DNA from: a virus
Taxonomy: Duplodnaviria > Heunggongvirae > Uroviricota > Caudoviricetes
Strand: one strand, 5' to 3'
Virus record (IMG/VR): IMGVR_UViG_2706795421_000001
Coordinates: 22,247 to 86,246 of that record
Length of the DNA stretch: 64,000 bases
Shown one piece after another: positions 26,190 to 35,293 of this stretch. The notes below the pieces were generated by a model, which was given only the letters and a program-made list of their open reading frames with translations, was not told the DNA's origin and made no database searches. Each line of letters opens with the position of its first letter. The stretch's first letter is position 1. The position numbers and the translations under genes are program-made.

Positions 26190-27683
26190 ATGCCGCTTCC
26201 AAAACCTGATGATTTGTCCGTAATCTGGGCATCCATTGGGCAGGCCACCAAACCTGCTCCAAACAAGATCATGACGGGCTGGACCAACGAAATCCCCCCG
26301 TACCAGTGGCACAACTGGTACTTCCAGAGGGTAGACAAGGCTCTAGCACACATTAACCAACAAGGCATTGCCATGTGGGATGCCGCGTCCACCTACGAAG
26401 GCGGTACCAGTCTGGCCAAAGGCTCCGATGGGGTGGTATACAAAGCCAAACGGTCCAGCCGGGGAGTTGATCCTGTAGCTCTGGCAAGCAACCTAGACTG
26501 GGAGCCTGCGTTCGAGCGGTACGGCGAGGCTGAGAAAGTCAACATCCAGCTCCAAGCTTTGAAAAAGGACTACGAAACCCTGGCCAACGTCAGCAACATC
26601 GCCATGGCCAGGCAAAACCTAGCAGTGTACTCGAAGTCTGAAGGGGATGTTCGCTACGCCTACAAAGCTGGTGCAGCCGGGCAGGTGTTTGCAGTTGCCC
26701 CCGCTACCGCAGGTAATCATGCCGTACCGAGGGATCAACTGCCAGCCCTGTACCCCCGCGCAGGGGCAGCTCCTGGTATCATCGCAGTGGCGAGCCAAGC
26801 TGAAGGGTTGGCCGGAACCCCAGAGAACAAGGCTATCCCTCCAAGTGTACTGAAAGCGCTTACCCTGTACAAGAATCAGAACCTGGCAGACCTTCCCGAT
26901 AAGCAAGTTGCTCGGGCGAACCTGGGCCTGGCCAGCTCTGCTGTGTTGCCGGAGAACACCTGGTTGAAGCGTACTGCCAACCTGGCAGACGTTGCGGACA
27001 AAGCAGCAGCTCGGGCCAACCTGGGCATTACGTCTTCGGCTCTTCTCCCGGAGAACACCTGGTTGAAGTCCGCCAGCAATCTGGCGGATGTACCCAACAA
27101 GTCGGCAGCTCGGGCCAACCTTGGTATTACCGACACTGCCACGCTGCCAGTTGGCGATGTGATGCGTAAGAGTCAGAACCTGGCAGGTTTGACCAACGTC
27201 CCTCAAGCTCGGGCCAACCTGGGCCTCGGAACAATGGCAACTGCCAACTCCGGAGACTTCCTCACCTCGGCGAACAACCTGAGTGATGTGAGGGACGCAC
27301 AGGCAGCCCGGAACAACCTGGGCTTGAAAGGATGTGCTACTCTGGACGCTCTGGGTCTACCTAACGGAGCAACTGGCCTAGACTTCCAATCGGAACAGTC
27401 TTCCAGTGCATCTGGCTGGGCAGCTCTACCGAACGGGCTAGTGCTTCAGTGGGGCCAAGGGCCTGCACTGTACGATGATCGGTCTACGATTGTCCGACTG
27501 CCACGCCAGGCTCGAATCCTGAACGTGAGCGTAACTGTGATGGGGACTTTCAACGCCTCTATCGGGCCGGGCGCCTACATGACGGACCAGTGGAGTAACA
27601 CCCAGTTCCGTGTGTCGTGCAACTGGGGCAACTGGGCGTATCCCTTCTGCTGGTTCGCTATCACCACCATCTACGGGATGTAG
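26190..27683 (+). CDS. tail fiber protein with tandem approx 37-aa repeats (ARANLGL...NLADV motif x5)
   Basis: GAGG RBS. Repeated KxxARANLG(L/I)..S..LPENTWLK units. Matching nucleotide direct repeats at about 26880-27330. Confidence 0.6.
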   Translation: MPLPKPDDLSVIWASIGQATKPAPNKIMTGWTNEIPPYQWHNWYFQRVDKALAHINQQGIAMWDAASTYEGGTSLAKGSDGVVYKAKRSSRGVDPVALASNLDWEPAFERYGEAEKVNIQLQALKKDYETLANVSNIAMARQNLAVYSKSEGDVRYAYKAGAAGQVFAVAPATAGNHAVPRDQLPALYPRAGAAPGIIAVASQAEGLAGTPENKAIPPSVLKALTLYKNQNLADLPDKQVARANLGLASSAVLPENTWLKRTANLADVADKAAARANLGITSSALLPENTWLKSASNLADVPNKSAARANLGITDTATLPVGDVMRKSQNLAGLTNVPQARANLGLGTMATANSGDFLTSANNLSDVRDAQAARNNLGLKGCATLDALGLPNGATGLDFQSEQSSSASGWAALPNGLVLQWGQGPALYDDRSTIVRLPRQARILNVSVTVMGTFNASIGPGAYMTDQWSNTQFRVSCNWGNWAYPFCWFAITTIYGM

Positions 27684-27684
27684 T

Positions 27685-28248
27685 ATGATCACCGACCAAG
27701 AGTATCAGCAAGCTGCTGAGATGTTGGGAGTAGATGTCCCAGCGATCAAAGCAGTGACCAAGGTGGAGGCCCCGGTAGGGGGCTTCCAGCCTACGGGAGA
27801 ACCTACCATCCTCTATGAGCGTCATCAGATGTACCGACAGCTCCAGGCCAAAGGACTCCCAACGGAAGGCCATCCCCCAGACCTGGTAAATAAGGTAGCT
27901 GGAGGGTATGGAAAATACAGCGAGCAACACGCTAAACTGGCCCGCGCCGTGAAGATCGACAGGGATAGCGCCCTGGAGTCCTGCTCCTGGGGAATGTTCC
28001 AGATCATGGGCTACCACTGGAAGCTGATGGGGTACCCTACCCTTCAAGCTTTCGTAAACGCCATGTACGCCAGCGAAGGAGCCCAGATGGACGCCTTCTG
28101 CCGGTTCATCAAGGCACAACCCACCACGCATGCTGCCTTGAAAGCCCATGATTGGGCCAAGTTTGCCAGACTGTACAACGGTCCAGGCTACGCCAAGAAC
28201 AAGTATGACGTGAAATTGGAGAAAGCATATGCTGAAGCTAGTGGCTGA
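27685..28248 (+). CDS. endolysin, putative N-acetylmuramidase (DUF3380-like)
   Basis: The SWGMFQIMG and RLYNGPGY motifs are recalled from DUF3380 muramidases. Immediately precedes the holin. Confidence 0.55.
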   Translation: MITDQEYQQAAEMLGVDVPAIKAVTKVEAPVGGFQPTGEPTILYERHQMYRQLQAKGLPTEGHPPDLVNKVAGGYGKYSEQHAKLARAVKIDRDSALESCSWGMFQIMGYHWKLMGYPTLQAFVNAMYASEGAQMDAFCRFIKAQPTTHAALKAHDWAKFARLYNGPGYAKNKYDVKLEKAYAEASG

Positions 28249-28495
28249 GAAGGCCAAGCTGCACCGTAGCAGTACAGTGGTGCTGAGCATCTTCCTCTTC
28301 ATCCTCTCGATGCTGATCATCTTCGAGCCGCTCATCCCCGGCCTTGCCGGTGTTCTCGGTCCCGACCTGTACCCTAAGGTCGTGGCAGGCGTCTCGATGC
28401 TGATTGCAGCAGGCCGGTACATCGTCCAAACCTCTCTCAGAGGTATGGTAGTGCAGGTGTCGGATGAGATTCCCAAGGAGGAAGAGGAAAAATGA
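28229..28495 (+). CDS. holin (88 aa, two TM segments, charged C-tail)
   Basis: Hydrophobic stretches VVLSIFLFILSMLIIF and VVAGVSMLIAAG, then EEEEK at the C-terminus. Confidence 0.5.
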   Translation: MLKLVAEKAKLHRSSTVVLSIFLFILSMLIIFEPLIPGLAGVLGPDLYPKVVAGVSMLIAAGRYIVQTSLRGMVVQVSDEIPKEEEEK

Positions 28496-28908
28496 AACTG
28501 ATGACTGCCATGCGGATAGCGTTGGTAGTCCTCGTTCTGGGGCTCTCCTGGCTTCTCCGGGAGAGTCATCAGAAAATCGACAGGCTAGAGCAGAGCCTGG
28601 CTTCCCTGGAGGCCAGCTACGCCGAGGCATCGGCATCGTACCGATCCTTCCGAAAGCAATGTCTGTCTGTATTCTCGATGAACGAGGAACTGGTGATTCA
28701 AAACAAGACCCTGGAGGCCTCTGTGGGCTCCGTGGTGCAACGTTTGGATCGGACCCCTACACTGACCCTACCCGAGGTGAAAGATGCGCCTACGAGCGTT
28801 CCTGGGCATGTGGCTACTGAGCGTCTCTCTCCTGGGACTATGGAGTTGCTCAACGAAGCCTTCTGTGCCGCAGCCCCCGCAGGTCATCCTGCCTGTACTA
28901 CCAAATGA
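28492..28908 (+). CDS. i-spanin (Rz-like)
   Basis: N-terminal TM segment followed by coiled-coil. ATGA overlap with the holin stop. Confidence 0.55.
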   Translation: MKLMTAMRIALVVLVLGLSWLLRESHQKIDRLEQSLASLEASYAEASASYRSFRKQCLSVFSMNEELVIQNKTLEASVGSVVQRLDRTPTLTLPEVKDAPTSVPGHVATERLSPGTMELLNEAFCAAAPAGHPACTTK

Positions 28909-29077
28909 GTGGACAACCCCCTGTGTAATCTTCCCGGTGGAAGAGGACACTGTAAAAGCCTTGGCCAGGGGGTACGTCCTGAACACTGGTGCAGCCGGCT
29001 GTGCCAACAACAAACTCCACTTCATCCAGCAGTGGTACAAAGACCTGGAGGCCCAGTATGGCAGCCGCACGCAGTAA
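28811..29077 (+). CDS. o-spanin (Rz1-like lipoprotein), overlapped with Rz in +1 frame
   Basis: MWLLSVSLLGLWSC signal/lipobox followed by a Pro-rich mature part. Starts inside Rz and extends past it. Confidence 0.55.
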   Translation, partial: WLLSVSLLGLWSCSTKPSVPQPPQVILPVLPNEWTTPCVIFPVEEDTVKALARGYVLNTGAAGCANNKLHFIQQWYKDLEAQYGSRTQ

Positions 29078-29357
29078 CAACGAAGACTCCCAGTGGAAGT
29101 ATGTACTGGACCTGGCAGCAAAGTTCCTCCTGCCCCTCCTAATGGCCTGGGCCACCTGGCAACAGACTCAGATCGGCAAGGTAGAGGACAGGCTGTATGC
29201 CCTCCAAGCTGTTGCTGTGACCGAGCAAAAACTGGTTGCCACGGAAAGCCGTATCCTGAACTACCTGGATGTTCGGCTAGGGGACCTGGACAAGAAGATG
29301 GAGGTCAATCAGAAATACTCCGAAATGATCATCCAGATGATGAAGCAGGAGCGGTAA
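29058..29357 (+). CDS. small membrane/coiled-coil protein (99 aa)
   Basis: One TM segment (FLLPLLMAWATW) plus coiled-coil. Confidence 0.4.
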   Translation: MAAARSNNEDSQWKYVLDLAAKFLLPLLMAWATWQQTQIGKVEDRLYALQAVAVTEQKLVATESRILNYLDVRLGDLDKKMEVNQKYSEMIIQMMKQER

Positions 29358-29372
29358 ACGAGAGGTGTCCTC

Positions 29373-29660
29373 ATGACGAAGGCCCACGAAATCACCGTCC
29401 TGGGGATGCTCTTCGCTACACTGCTGACTCTGGTGGTCGGTTTGGGAGTTCTGGTCTACTACGCCCAACGAGTGACCAGCACCGAGTACCAGTTCGACAT
29501 CATCCGGAAGGAGTACCGGCTCAGCCTGGAAGAGATGCGGCGAGACTTCGATATCCGAACGAACAGACTGCAAGAGCAAATCAATGCCATGCAGTATACC
29601 ACGTCCAAGCAGATGCGGCTGCTTCAAGAAGAGCAGGACAACCTCAAGCGGAAAAGATGA
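29373..29660 (+). CDS. small membrane/coiled-coil protein (95 aa)
   Basis: GAGAGG RBS. TM segment LGMLFATLLTLVVGLGVLVYY. Confidence 0.45.
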   Translation: MTKAHEITVLGMLFATLLTLVVGLGVLVYYAQRVTSTEYQFDIIRKEYRLSLEEMRRDFDIRTNRLQEQINAMQYTTSKQMRLLQEEQDNLKRKR

Positions 29661-29768
29661 GCCCCACTGGCCACAAGCTGGTGGGGCTTTTTCACGCCTG
29701 GAGAAAAGTAGTTGACATCTCAGACAACACCCTATAAAGTGGCCACATCAACCACTTGAGGAGGTTCC

Positions 29769-30188
29769 ATGGATAAGGTTTCCATCGACGCAACATTTGA
29801 CATTGAATCGGCGATCATCGAGCCGGATGGGATAGTTTACTCGGACTACCACAAAGGAACTCCCTTAGGAGTAACCGCCACTCTCCGCGTGAACATGCCC
29901 AAACGGGACTCCAACAGAGTGTGGAAGACGCTCCTGGCCATGGATTTCTCGGCTCTGGAGCAACGTGTCCTGGCAGCTATGCTGACTACGGGAGGGTTGG
30001 TTATGCTTCTAGAGGATGGTAAGCTGTACGATCAGACCGGTGCCCAGGTAGAGCACCCCCGTGATAAGCTCGTGGTGATCTTCGATGAGTGGGACAAGCT
30101 TTCCAAGAATCAGCGCCATCTTCGAGCCAAGAAGCACCGCACAGCACCCAAGAACCCTCAACTGAGAAAGAATCACTGGAACCGTTGA
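29769..30188 (+). CDS. hypothetical protein (139 aa)
   Basis: GAGGAGG RBS. Confidence 0.45.
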   Translation: MDKVSIDATFDIESAIIEPDGIVYSDYHKGTPLGVTATLRVNMPKRDSNRVWKTLLAMDFSALEQRVLAAMLTTGGLVMLLEDGKLYDQTGAQVEHPRDKLVVIFDEWDKLSKNQRHLRAKKHRTAPKNPQLRKNHWNR

Positions 30189-30211
30189 CACAGGAATAGA
30201 AAGGAGGAACA

Positions 30212-30424
30212 ATGAAGAACAGTACAGCAGCCCTCGGACTGGCATGTGCTCTGGCAACAATGATCACCTTGCCATCCACATACCCTGCTACGCTGAACAG
30301 TCGGGAGTGGGAGGTTGAAGTCCCGGCCCAGGAGGAATCGACCGACAAGAAGAAGGCTAAGAAAAAGAAACTGAAGGCCCTTCAAGCTGAAGCCGTTAAG
30401 TCGCGTAAGGGAGGTAAGAAGTGA
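30212..30424 (+). CDS. small secreted/lipoprotein-like Lys-rich protein (70 aa)
   Basis: AAGGAGG RBS. Signal-like N-terminus. Confidence 0.4.
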   Translation: MKNSTAALGLACALATMITLPSTYPATLNSREWEVEVPAQEESTDKKKAKKKKLKALQAEAVKSRKGGKK

Positions 30425-30798
30425 CTAAACCGCTCGATCCGCCTCCGACAGTGGAGTATGTTCGAACGACTCGGAAGGCCCCTCCCCCGCCTCCTCCAGG
30501 CCCTGCTGTGAGGTGGGTGAAAGAAGGGATAACTTTGGACGAACTATCGAGGGATTTGAGATTGCAATATATGAAAGCATGGGTTGTCGTGGTTTTAGTA
30601 GCTACCTTGGCGCTCGGCGTGACGTTCTTCTTCCTGGGCATGGCGCATCGCCTGGAAGAGGGCCAAGTGAAGCGTGAGTCTGAGAAGGTGCAAGCCGTAA
30701 AAGAAGCAATCGCCAAATGTGAGACGGGGGCTGGAGTGTTGGAAGTGACTCTGAAAGGAGACCGACTGACTTCCTACACTTGCAAGTTCTCGAAGTAG
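30421..30798 (+). CDS. membrane protein (125 aa, GTG start, Pro-rich N-terminus)
   Basis: GGAGG RBS. TM segment VVVVLVATLALGVTFFFLGM. Confidence 0.4.
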   Translation: MTKPLDPPPTVEYVRTTRKAPPPPPPGPAVRWVKEGITLDELSRDLRLQYMKAWVVVVLVATLALGVTFFFLGMAHRLEEGQVKRESEKVQAVKEAIAKCETGAGVLEVTLKGDRLTSYTCKFSK

Positions 30799-31025
30799 CT
30801 GCTATGATTCCAGACCTCAAGGAGGCTTACCAGAAAGCCTCCAAGAGGACTAAGCTGTTGATACTGGCTGCCCTGGTTAGCCAAGCAGCGATAGCCCTCT
30901 ACGAACAAGACCGAAGGTCTTTAAAAGACCCCTACCTGTCTAGGATGTGTTTCGAACAGCAGGGGGTTTTTGAAGTTACCCGGACAGGCCCTATCACCAA
31001 CATCTATTGCAAGAAAGGAGAGTAA
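30780..31025 (+). CDS. hypothetical protein (81 aa)
   Basis: ORF only. Start is uncertain (alternative ATG at 30804). Confidence 0.35.
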   Translation: MQVLEVAAMIPDLKEAYQKASKRTKLLILAALVSQAAIALYEQDRRSLKDPYLSRMCFEQQGVFEVTRTGPITNIYCKKGE

Positions 31026-31027
31026 AG

Positions 31028-31228
31028 ATGGTAGTTTTCACCAAAGAACGAAACAACTTGGCCAATAGCGCAATGATCGCTATCAACCCCAAACACGTCA
31101 CCGGGCTGGAAATCCCTGCGTCAAAGGAAGAAGTCCGAGTAGGACTCACAAGCGGGGTTATTATCCTGGACTTCCTCACCGCCCAGGATGCCAAACAAGC
31201 CTTCGAAACTCTAACTTTCGCCTGCTAA
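31028..31228 (+). CDS. hypothetical protein (66 aa)
   Basis: AAAGGAG RBS before the ATG at 31028. Confidence 0.4.
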   Translation: MVVFTKERNNLANSAMIAINPKHVTGLEIPASKEEVRVGLTSGVIILDFLTAQDAKQAFETLTFAC

Positions 31229-31238
31229 GGAGGTACAA

Positions 31239-31505
31239 GTGGAACTCGACATTCGCAACCCTGGCCCGCCCTTCGATACCATTCGGATCGCTGATATCCA
31301 CGAAGACCTGGCAAATGTCTGCCTGGTAACGTGCCAAGAGGCCCCTCACGGCGCTGTTCGTCTGGTTTACCCTGACGAAGGCCAGGGATCGTTCGGCATG
31401 CCTGGGGACACAGTGCATCAAGAGCTTCTGGTGGATGGCAAGGAACATGCGCTATTCCTTATCATGGCGCTGGAGAAGTCCATCGAGCTGGGGTGGCTGA
31501 AATGA
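31239..31505 (+). CDS. hypothetical protein (88 aa, GTG start)
   Basis: AAGGAGG RBS. Confidence 0.4.
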   Translation: MELDIRNPGPPFDTIRIADIHEDLANVCLVTCQEAPHGAVRLVYPDEGQGSFGMPGDTVHQELLVDGKEHALFLIMALEKSIELGWLK

Positions 31506-31870
31506 TGGGACTTCCGATTTACCTTAGCGTCAGCGCCTACCACCTCGCAGGCCTTATCGCAGTCGCCTGCCTGGTCTACTGGGGTATCATCAAGATGACC
31601 CGGAGCGAGGTGGAACGAGGGAACATGACCAAGAAGCAAGCCTCCTGGTGGAGGAAGTCGTACCCTGCATGGGCTGTCATCTGCATCTCGGTCTCGTGCC
31701 TGGGCTTCGGCTACAAGGTGGAAGAGATTCGCCCGGTGGGCACGTTCCAATCCCATCCCACAACTGTTGACACGGGGGAGAAGGAAGAGTATCGTGCATA
31801 CCGTGAAGAGGCAGAAGAGCGGTTCAACAAGACCCTCGAAGCCCTCGAAACGAAAAACAACCTGAAGTAA
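31493..31870 (+). CDS. two-TM membrane protein, possible NfeD-like partner of the downstream SPFH protein
   Basis: Two hydrophobic helices followed by a soluble tail. Directly upstream of the SPFH-like gene, as in NfeD-stomatin operons. Confidence 0.4.
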   Translation: MAEMMGLPIYLSVSAYHLAGLIAVACLVYWGIIKMTRSEVERGNMTKKQASWWRKSYPAWAVICISVSCLGFGYKVEEIRPVGTFQSHPTTVDTGEKEEYRAYREEAEERFNKTLEALETKNNLK

Positions 31871-31879
31871 GGAGGAAAT

Positions 31880-32731
31880 ATGTTCAAGAACCTGATGCGC
31901 GGCGTCGCCATTGTCCTGACCCTGGCCTTGGTTGCAGGCTGCTCTGATGTGGTACCACCCGCCATGAAAGGCAAGCACCTCAGCGGCAGTGGCTACAGCA
32001 CCAACGTCCTCGAACCTGGCCGTCACTGGCGCGCCCCGTGGACTCGCATCGTGATGCTGGATGTCTCCACCCAGACCGTTGCCGAGCCCCTGAAAGTGAA
32101 GATGGCAGACAATCTGGACCTGTCGTTCGTGGTACGCTTCCGTACTCGAATCGCCGGCACCGAGCGGACCATCAACGCCATGTTCAACGACATCCGAGTG
32201 GAGAATGACCGAGTAACCCTCCAGCAGGTGTATGGCGTCTACGGGAAGGATGTGGTACAACGTGTCAGCCGCTCTGTCCTGGGCAAGTACCGCACCCAAG
32301 ACGTGGCAGCCAACTTCGACAAGATCAACCAGGCCCTGCACTCCCAACTGGTAGCAGCAATGGAAGGTAGCCCTCTGGAGGTGAGCAACATCACCCTGGC
32401 TGATCTGCAATACCCGAAAGTTATCACCAAGGCTATCGAAGCTCAGAACGAGCGAGAACTGGCTATCAAGACCGCCGAAAACGAACAGGCTATCGAGATG
32501 GTCAAGCGTGAGAACGCCCTGAAGCTGGCCGAGGCTGATCGTGAAATCGAACTGACCAAGGCACGTACCCTGGCCGACCAGAACGAAATCACCAACCGAG
32601 GCCTATCGGAGCGACTGCTCCAGTACAAGGCGCTGGAAGTCCAGATGGAAATGACCAAGAACTCCTCTGCGGTGTTCGTACCCTACGAGGCTCTGACCAG
32701 CCCCGGCTTCCAGAACCGCGTCTACAAGTGA
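31880..32731 (+). CDS. SPFH/band-7 (stomatin/HflC-like) domain lipoprotein
   Basis: AAGGAGG RBS. Signal peptide with lipobox LVAGC. A band-7-like core followed by a long Ala/Glu/Lys coiled coil. Confidence 0.45.
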   Translation: MFKNLMRGVAIVLTLALVAGCSDVVPPAMKGKHLSGSGYSTNVLEPGRHWRAPWTRIVMLDVSTQTVAEPLKVKMADNLDLSFVVRFRTRIAGTERTINAMFNDIRVENDRVTLQQVYGVYGKDVVQRVSRSVLGKYRTQDVAANFDKINQALHSQLVAAMEGSPLEVSNITLADLQYPKVITKAIEAQNERELAIKTAENEQAIEMVKRENALKLAEADREIELTKARTLADQNEITNRGLSERLLQYKALEVQMEMTKNSSAVFVPYEALTSPGFQNRVYK

Positions 32732-32737
32732 CCGACA

Positions 32738-32766
32738 GGGGTCAGCCATGCTGACCCCATTCTTTT
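32738..32766 (+). terminator. rho-independent terminator
   Basis: GGGGTCAGCCATGCTGACCCCATTCTTTT. Confidence 0.6.
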
Positions 32767-32778
32767 GAAGGAGGATGT

Positions 32779-33075
32779 ATGGAACATAAAGCGTGGGAAG
32801 TAGTGGATAGTGAGTTTGACGGGGTTTATATTCGAGAAGCTCTCCCTAAAGTGAAGGGTGGGTACCTGGTCGAGTACGTGATTGCCTCGGATGTTAAGGA
32901 AGAGCATGCTGCTACCCTGTGTGCTGCTCGGGAGCTTAAAGCGGCGCTGGAGCGCCTGTGCCGGCTGAGTGAGTCCAGCTTTATCCTCTTGGGCTGGGAA
33001 GAAAAGGACATTGAGAGTGTCCTCGCTCCCGCAAAAGCAGCCCTGGCCCTGGCCAACCAAAACTGGGAGAAGTGA
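32779..33075 (+). CDS. hypothetical protein (98 aa)
   Basis: GAAGGAGG RBS. Confidence 0.45.
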   Translation: MEHKAWEVVDSEFDGVYIREALPKVKGGYLVEYVIASDVKEEHAATLCAARELKAALERLCRLSESSFILLGWEEKDIESVLAPAKAALALANQNWEK

Positions 33076-33448
33076 GATGGACGTGATGGATGACGATTTT
33101 GAGTTCCCTGATATCCTGCCGGAGTGGGCTGAAGAGTTTCACCCCTCGGAAGGTAAGCACCAGATAGGGGCCCAGTTGGCGACTAAGGATGGACGGGTCA
33201 CGGGGAATGGGGTGATCTTCTGTGCTGTGCCGTGGAAATTCTGCCCTGAGCTTTACCTGTTCCTTGTGGTGACGGACGCAGGAAACGTTCTCACGTTGAC
33301 CGAGGCGGAGCTGCACAGTCTGTTCCACTGGCCACAATATATCGCTGACCTCAACCAGAAGACGCCGGCTGAGGTGATGTACACTGTTATGACGGGTCCA
33401 ATCGGGGACCTTATTCAAGATTTCAAGGAGGCAAACGGACATGCGTAA
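33076..33448 (+). CDS. hypothetical acidic protein (124 aa)
   Basis: Begins MDVMDDDFEF... GGAG RBS upstream. Confidence 0.45.
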
Positions 33449-34661
33449 ACTGGCTTCAATTCGTCAAGTGTCGGGGATCGAGCCCATCGATGGTGCAGAC
33501 CGGATCGAGAAGGCCTTCTTCGGAGGCTGGACCACCATCGTCCCGAAAGGCGTGCTGTCGCCCGGCGACCTGGCAGTCTACTTCGAGATTGACAGCCTTC
33601 TGCCGGTGGCAGACCCGGCGTTCTCCCACCTCACCAAGAACCTGGTGAAGATTACCCGGAAGAAAGAGGCCTGTTCCCTGGGACTGGGTTGTGAGATATC
33701 AGGAGTGTGCTATGCTATGACGCAAGGCTGCCCCCAAGAGTGCGGCGGCGAAGAGGAGGTGGTATACTCTCGTCTGCGGACCATGAAAATGCGAGGTGTC
33801 ACCTCACAAGGTCTGGCCCTGCCTCTACGAGCCTTCCCAGAACGCCTGGCCCCGTTGGAAGCTGGCATCCTCCGCCGGCTACAGAAGGCACCTGTTCAAG
33901 AGGTGTTGGACGATCTGAATGAGAAGATGCCACTGGATGAAATGCTCGGCGTGCTGAAGTACGAGAAACCTGAAGAGGTGGAGGCAGGGAACAGTAATGT
34001 CTCCCGTATCAGCACGTTCCCCCGCTACATCCCGAAGACGGACCAGGAACGGGTTCAGAACATCCCTCTGGAGAAGATCATCACAGATGGGCCGTACCAG
34101 GTGACCATCAAGATGGACGGCTCCAGTTGCACTGTGTGGGTGCATGAGGACGGTGTTGGCATGGCAAGCCGGAATCAGACTCTGGTGGAGCCTACCTGGA
34201 CTGATTTCCCCAGTTTCGAGAATTGCAACCACTTTGGCCAGGCTGTTCTGGATCAGGACATTCCTCGCAAGCTGGCAGAGTTTTACGAACTGAGCAAGCA
34301 GCCCTTTGCCATCCAAGGAGAGGTGTGTGGTCCGTCTATCCAGGGTAATAAGGAGAAACTGGAGAAGCCTACCTTCTTCTTGTTCAGCGTCTTCAACATC
34401 AAGGAGGGTGCTTACGAGTCTCCAGAGTATTGCAGGATGCTGGCAGAAACTCTCGGTATTAAGCATGTGCCTGTACTCTCGACTCGACATGTGTTTGAAG
34501 ATGTCACTTATGCCGACATCCTTGCCATGGCTGAAGGTAAGAGCTATAATCCTAACACCAACAGGGAAGGCCTTGTTTTCACAGCGGTAGACAAGAACCG
34601 CTATGGTCACTACCCTCATTTCAAAGCTATCAGTCAATCTTGGCTGGCGAAACACGAGTAA
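33441..34661 (+). CDS. ATP-dependent RNA ligase-like nucleotidyltransferase (DraRnl-type: N-terminal OB-like domain + KxDG adenylyltransferase)
   Basis: AAGGAGG RBS. Motif I IKMDGSS. EG-motif QGEVCGPSIQGNKE. Motif V-like NREGLVFT...FKAIS. N-terminus SIRQVSGIEPIDGADRIEKAFFGGWTTIVPKG. Confidence 0.55.
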   Translation: MRKLASIRQVSGIEPIDGADRIEKAFFGGWTTIVPKGVLSPGDLAVYFEIDSLLPVADPAFSHLTKNLVKITRKKEACSLGLGCEISGVCYAMTQGCPQECGGEEEVVYSRLRTMKMRGVTSQGLALPLRAFPERLAPLEAGILRRLQKAPVQEVLDDLNEKMPLDEMLGVLKYEKPEEVEAGNSNVSRISTFPRYIPKTDQERVQNIPLEKIITDGPYQVTIKMDGSSCTVWVHEDGVGMASRNQTLVEPTWTDFPSFENCNHFGQAVLDQDIPRKLAEFYELSKQPFAIQGEVCGPSIQGNKEKLEKPTFFLFSVFNIKEGAYESPEYCRMLAETLGIKHVPVLSTRHVFEDVTYADILAMAEGKSYNPNTNREGLVFTAVDKNRYGHYPHFKAISQSWLAKHE

Positions 34662-34670
34662 GGAGAGTCC

Positions 34671-34856
34671 ATGCAGTCCCAGTTCCAAAACATCCTGAAA
34701 TCCCTGGAAATCGCTCGCCAGATTCGAGACGATGAAGAGTTCGCCCGATTGGTCGAGCTGGGCATGGTACAGGCCGACATCATGAATGAATCGTTCTACT
34801 GGGTTGACATGCAGGGGCGTTTCAGGCAGTATACTCCTCACGGCTTCGAACACTGA
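34671..34856 (+). CDS. hypothetical protein (61 aa)
   Basis: AAGGAGAG RBS. A hairpin follows. Confidence 0.35.
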   Translation: MQSQFQNILKSLEIARQIRDDEEFARLVELGMVQADIMNESFYWVDMQGRFRQYTPHGFEH

Positions 34857-34897
34857 CCAACATGGCCCGGATCATCCGGGCCTTACAGGAGGAAACA

Positions 34898-35292
34898 TGA
34901 GCGAAATCAACGTTTATCCCAGCATTGCTGAGAATATTTACCCTGGACTGACCCAGGCGGCCAAGATCGTCCTGCTGATGACCGTTCCGGAGCTTCGAGG
35001 AGTCATCTGCCCTGACACAGGTGAACGTCTGCGAGAAGGCCTGGGGATGCATGGTATTCTGGAGTGCGTATGGGAAAGCCGCCACAAGGTCCATGCCATG
35101 GACCAATGGGCCAACTTCATGCAAGGCTACAAGTCCGAAATGCCCGGCTCCAGCGACATGTATGACCAGATTCAAAGTGTACTCCCAGCCCGGAACTCTC
35201 TGAAACACCTGCTGATGCCGTACCTGGAAGCTTGCAAGCGCATTACCCGCGAAGAACGCATTGCGCAGGAGAAGTACCGTGAGCAAATTTGA
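34898..35292 (+). CDS. hypothetical protein (131 aa)
   Basis: GGAGG RBS before the ATG at 34898. Confidence 0.45.
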
Positions 35293-35293
35293 A

